A DNA stretch of 64,000 bases from IMG/VR virus record IMGVR_UViG_3300042868_003731, positions 153,967 through 217,966 of that record. One strand, written 5' to 3'. Below are positions 60,913 through 64,000 of this stretch, piece by piece; positions within the stretch are counted from its first letter, which is position 1; the number at the start of each line of letters is the position of its first letter. Made by a program: the position numbers and the translations under genes. The notes beneath the pieces were generated by a model. The model was not told where the DNA came from. It ran no database searches and saw nothing but the letters and a program-made list of their open reading frames with translations. The DNA comes from a virus. Taxonomy: Duplodnaviria; Heunggongvirae; Uroviricota; Caudoviricetes.

Positions 60913-62013
60913 TTACGATTTGACTAGAGTAATTTTTTCAGAAGCTCGAGTGATTGCAGTATACAACCACCTTTGCCAGTCGTCTCGGAAACACCAAGAC
61001 TCGTCATATATGAGAACATTTTCCCACTGCGAACCCTGCGACTTATGACACGTGATCGCGTATCCAAAGTCGAACTCTTGACTTCCTTTTAAGAACTTCC
61101 AATCTGGAACTGCAACTTCTGAACTAAAGAAGCTCTTATGAACCTTTACCATCACAGGAAGACTCGTGTCGTCGTCTTCTGGATTGAGACTCATATTCAG
61201 AAAGCTAGTCTTATACTTTGACTCAAAGACACGATCCACATTAAACATACCGCCGTTAAAGATTGCTCGATCGCGATCGTTACGAAGGCAGATGAGTTTT
61301 TCTCCTTTGATTGGATACTCATCATAGATCTTTAGAAGTTTGCGAACCTTTAAGTTCATCGTGTCACGAGTCGCATTCCTTCCTACGAGGATCTGGCTCG
61401 CCTCGAGTGCATCAGTCGAGGACACCTTCGAAACGATACGAGAATCTCCGTAGTCACCAATGTCTGGTTGAATTCCTTGGCGAACCTGAGACGCAAGATA
61501 GACGATTGGATTGTCTTGTGCTTGACGATGGATCTCAGTCAACATAACGTCAGGCTTTGCTTCTGTGAAGAAACCAGCTCCTGAGACTGGAGGCAGCTGA
61601 GCCGGATCTCCTAGAACCAAGACAGGAACTCCAAACGAAAGAAGATCCTTCGCCAGTTCTTCGTCAACCATCGAACACTCGTCAATGATCAAAAGAGATG
61701 CTTCCTTGAGCATGCTCTCTTTATTCAGACGCCACCAAACCTCGCCCGTCTTTTTGTCCGGTTCGGCGATATAGATTAGACTGTGGATGGTTCTTGCACC
61801 TTCGCAACCACGCTTTCTCATTACGAGCGCAGCTTTACCGGTGAATGCCGCAAACAAGACGAGACCGTCAATGTTTTGAGCGAAGTGTGTGGCCAGTGTA
61901 GTTTTTCCCGTGCCAGCATAACCAAAGATGCGAAAGACCTGCTTCTTTTTTGATTCCGTATAGAACCATCTATCGACCGCTTTAAGTGCGGTCTCTTGTT
62001 GTGGTGACCACAT
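60913..62013 (-). CDS. dda: Dda-like SF1 DNA helicase (RecD-like)
   Basis: 'IFGYAGTGKTTL' Walker A, 'LLIIDECSMV' Walker B, and 'GDPAQLPPV' and 'YAITCHKSQGSQW' helicase motifs, as in T4 Dda ('INGPAGTGKTTL', 'VLICDEVSMY', 'GDNKQIRPV', 'TFHKAQGMS'). Confidence 0.85.
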   Translation of the reverse strand: MWSPQQETALKAVDRWFYTESKKKQVFRIFGYAGTGKTTLATHFAQNIDGLVLFAAFTGKAALVMRKRGCEGARTIHSLIYIAEPDKKTGEVWWRLNKESMLKEASLLIIDECSMVDEELAKDLLSFGVPVLVLGDPAQLPPVSGAGFFTEAKPDVMLTEIHRQAQDNPIVYLASQVRQGIQPDIGDYGDSRIVSKVSSTDALEASQILVGRNATRDTMNLKVRKLLKIYDEYPIKGEKLICLRNDRDRAIFNGGMFNVDRVFESKYKTSFLNMSLNPEDDDTSLPVMVKVHKSFFSSEVAVPDWKFLKGSQEFDFGYAITCHKSQGSQWENVLIYDESWCFRDDWQRWLYTAITRASEKITLVKS

Positions 62014-62042
62014 AACTGCCCCTTATCTTACCATACAAAACC

Positions 62043-62071
62043 ATAATATCACACAACTAAAGGGTTGTAAA
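62043..62071 (-). promoter_or_regulatory. Sigma70-like early promoter for dda (TTTACA-17-TATTAT with upstream TG)
   Basis: Seen directly on the - strand: TTTACAACCCTTTAGTTGTGTGATATTAT. Confidence 0.5.
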
Positions 62072-62088
62072 TAGATAAATACTAGCAG

Positions 62089-62310
62089 TTACAAATCTGC
62101 ACCCGCAGCATCCCAGTGATAACACGAATATTTCTTTGGCTCATAGCCAACGTACGCCGTCTGAAAATATTCGTTGCTGACGAAAGACGCAATCGCATCT
62201 TCGCATTCTCTTTCAGACTCTAAAATATTTTGATTTGATAGTATGATACAGTTACTTGAGCTTATAGGATTGTCGATAAGACATATCATGATCATTGCTG
62301 TAAACATCAA
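62089..62310 (-). CDS. Hypothetical ORF (doubtful)
   Basis: It would start only 14 bp from the divergent + strand lipoprotein gene. No RBS or motif support. Confidence 0.2.
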   Translation of the reverse strand: MMFTAMIMICLIDNPISSSNCIILSNQNILESERECEDAIASFVSNEYFQTAYVGYEPKKYSCYHWDAAGADL

Positions 62311-62324
62311 GGGAATCCTTTCAT

Positions 62325-62876
62325 ATGAAAATAACCATGATTTTATTTATATTAACATTCTTAACTGCTTGCACGAATCCTGAATATCTTGCTAAACGTG
62401 AAGAAAAGCTTGCAAAAGAAAATAGTGAAAAGGTGGTTTACTATGCTAGTAACTACGTAGGCATGCATGAGGTAACAGACAGAAAGCAACTAAAGAGTCT
62501 AATGGGTATGGATCCATCACGTTTCGAGTGGTGCGCCGCCTTCGTAAATTCAATTCTATCCACAAAGGGTATACCAGGATCCGAGTCAGTCAGTAATCAT
62601 CCTCTCGTGGCAAAAAGCTTTTTAAAGTGGGGTGAAGAAGTTACTGAGAGTCCTCGACCTGGAGATGTAGTCGTGTTTCCGAGAGGAAGGCAACAGTGGC
62701 AAGGACACGTCGGATTCTTTGTTACTTCCTATGTCGACGAAGGAAAGATGTACTATGTTATTCTTGGTGGAAATCAAGGAAACGAAGTAAGCTACAAGGT
62801 ATATGAAGCAAGAAAGGCCATCTCCGTTAGAAGATGGCCTACAGATGTGAACACAACAGTTATGACTATGAACTAG
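62325..62876 (+). CDS. Lipoprotein with a CHAP/NlpC-P60-like (TIGR02594-like) Cys-His domain; putative periplasmic peptidoglycan-active enzyme
   Basis: Lipobox 'LTAC' after the signal peptide. 'FEWCAAFVN' (Cys) and 'QGHVGFFVT' (His) are spaced as in CHAP-type hydrolases, and 'GGNQGNEV' is TIGR02594-like. It is a lone + strand gene in the - strand block. Confidence 0.5.
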   Translation: MKITMILFILTFLTACTNPEYLAKREEKLAKENSEKVVYYASNYVGMHEVTDRKQLKSLMGMDPSRFEWCAAFVNSILSTKGIPGSESVSNHPLVAKSFLKWGEEVTESPRPGDVVVFPRGRQQWQGHVGFFVTSYVDEGKMYYVILGGNQGNEVSYKVYEARKAISVRRWPTDVNTTVMTMN

Positions 62877-63223
62877 GTCAGCTGCGGATATTTGCCAACA
62901 GCGACGAAGCCAAAGGTATCGCAGACGAAGCAATCACCGCTATCGTCGATGAAGATATCACCGACAGAACTGGAATAAGCACGGCCGATGCGCTTACCCT
63001 TGTAACGATCACCAATCCCATTCGAAACTTCGAACGCTTCGTCCAGGTCGGTAGTATCGATTTCCCAACCTTTGACGTAGTGCTTCAGATAAGCTTCAGA
63101 GAACTTAGACTTATCAAAGCCGAACTGCATTCGGTTGCGAACCGTAAAAGCTTCAACCTCACGACCTGCGTTGATAGCGATGATCTGATCGTCGGTCAGT
63201 TGGATCTGGTAGATGGTAATCAT
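62873..63223 (-). CDS. Hypothetical protein
   Basis: First ORF after the cassette copy at 63258. Confidence 0.35.
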   Translation of the reverse strand: MITIYQIQLTDDQIIAINAGREVEAFTVRNRMQFGFDKSKFSEAYLKHYVKGWEIDTTDLDEAFEVSNGIGDRYKGKRIGRAYSSSVGDIFIDDSGDCFVCDTFGFVAVGKYPQLT

Positions 63224-63257
63224 GGTGGCCTCCTTGCCATTCCTTATATTATCAATC

Positions 63258-63288
63258 TACACTGATTCTAAACGAATGTAAATAGAAA
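63258..63288 (-). promoter_or_regulatory. Conserved early promoter cassette copy (TTTACA -35 variant; -10 region diverged)
   Basis: Shares ACACTGATTCTAAACGAATGTAAATAG with copies 3 and 4. Confidence 0.45.
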
Positions 63289-63292
63289 AGTG

Positions 63293-63478
63293 TTATGATA
63301 AAGACTTTTTTAGAGTCTCCATAACGTTTTCTGGAAGTTCGCCTGCCTTGAGCGAGTCCTTCATATAGTCATTCTCTGGTTCGTACCCAGGATTATCCAC
63401 GATCATTTGAGCTCTCTTTTGCTCGTATTCTTTCCACTCTTCTGGAGTGATGGTCGGTACAAATTCTATTTCAGCCAT
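63293..63478 (-). CDS. Hypothetical protein
   Basis: ORF. Confidence 0.3.
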   Translation of the reverse strand: MAEIEFVPTITPEEWKEYEQKRAQMIVDNPGYEPENDYMKDSLKAGELPENVMETLKKSLS

Positions 63479-63894
63479 GCTATCTTCTTACCCTCTTTAA
63501 CTCTTTGATCGTGTTCTTCTACACTTCCTGGATATCTCCATCCCCACACTGCTACGAAGAACATAAACAATGCAGACCACATAACGGCGTTGATGTTCTG
63601 AGTAGCGATCCACAACATAAGAAGTGATACCGACATCGTTCCTATCATAAGGTACTTTGCTTTCGTAGGAAAGACTTTCTTTTCATTCCAATTGGTCAGA
63701 AAAGGACCGAACACACGATGGTTATAGATCCAAGCGTGCATTCGGTTGCTTGACTTTGCAAAACAGATAGCAGCAAGAACTGCTGGCGTACTCCATGGAA
63801 TACCAGGAAGTATGATACCTAGGTATGCAATGCCTAACAGCACGATACCTAGGATCAACCAGAACAATTTCTTTACTTCTGAATACTTACTCAC
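63466..63894 (-). CDS. DUF454/YbaN-family inner-membrane protein
   Basis: 'LGIVLLGIAYLGIILPGIPWSTPAVLAAICFAKSS' reproduces the YbaN signature (G..LP..P.T.....A..F...S). Four predicted TM helices. Confidence 0.5.
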   Translation of the reverse strand: MSKYSEVKKLFWLILGIVLLGIAYLGIILPGIPWSTPAVLAAICFAKSSNRMHAWIYNHRVFGPFLTNWNEKKVFPTKAKYLMIGTMSVSLLMLWIATQNINAVMWSALFMFFVAVWGWRYPGSVEEHDQRVKEGKKIAWLK

Positions 63895-64000
63895 GTTTTT
63901 CTTCCATACGCAGCCTTACCTGACAATATATATTAGCCCAAAGATCCCAGATAAGAGCAAAAAGTAAACTTATGCCTATCTGCAGCCAAAAAGTCTCTGC

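Noticed and set aside
1-64000. CRISPR arrays, rRNA genes, integrase or transposase genes, group I introns or homing endonucleases
   Set aside because: No spaced direct repeats were found. No rRNA-like conserved blocks, tyrosine/serine recombinase motifs, or GIY-YIG/HNH/LAGLIDADG ORFs were seen on either strand.

Overview
The window is a contiguous piece of a T4-type myovirus (Straboviridae-like) genome. Recognition comes from direct residue-level resemblance of many products to T4 proteins I know, not from any search. A GapR/DUF2312 homologue suggests an alphaproteobacterial host, possibly marine; this is inference.

- **Positions 1-27,000, + strand (late genes):** a glycan-modification module comes first. 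It holds two paralogous beta-rich proteins, a TPR+SAM-methyltransferase, a GT17-like glycosyltransferase and a cytidylyltransferase-cupin protein. A canonical T4 late gene block follows in T4 order: a 1718-aa structural protein, gp13, gp14, an 800-aa fibre-like protein, gp15, gp16 TerS, gp17 TerL, gp18 sheath, gp19 tube, gp20 portal, a charged 377-aa protein in the gp67/68 slot, gp21 protease, gp22 scaffold and gp23 major capsid. Six exact T4 late-promoter boxes (TATAAATA) sit immediately upstream of structural genes.
- **Positions 27,000-64,000, almost entirely - strand:** this resembles a T4 early/middle 'hyperplastic' region. It contains RNase H, Dda helicase, dNMP kinase (gp1), DNA ligase, RNA ligase 1, a split polynucleotide kinase/phosphatase, a RuvC-like resolvase, a PD-(D/E)XK nuclease, glutaredoxin, MazG, PhoH and PstS. 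It also contains a nucleotide-sugar/glycosyltransferase set, an SPFH protein, a PAAR protein, SLOG and calcineurin-like proteins, and many small ORFs.
- **Repeated cassette:** this - strand region is punctuated by at least 8 copies or variants of a ~45-60 bp conserved promoter-leader cassette. It reads as a sigma70-like -35/-10 followed by a conserved leader with AAGGAA RBS, reminiscent of the PeSL early-promoter cassettes described in T4-type phages.

No CRISPR, rRNA or tRNA was seen. All similarity statements are from my reading of the translated ORFs; no database search was run.
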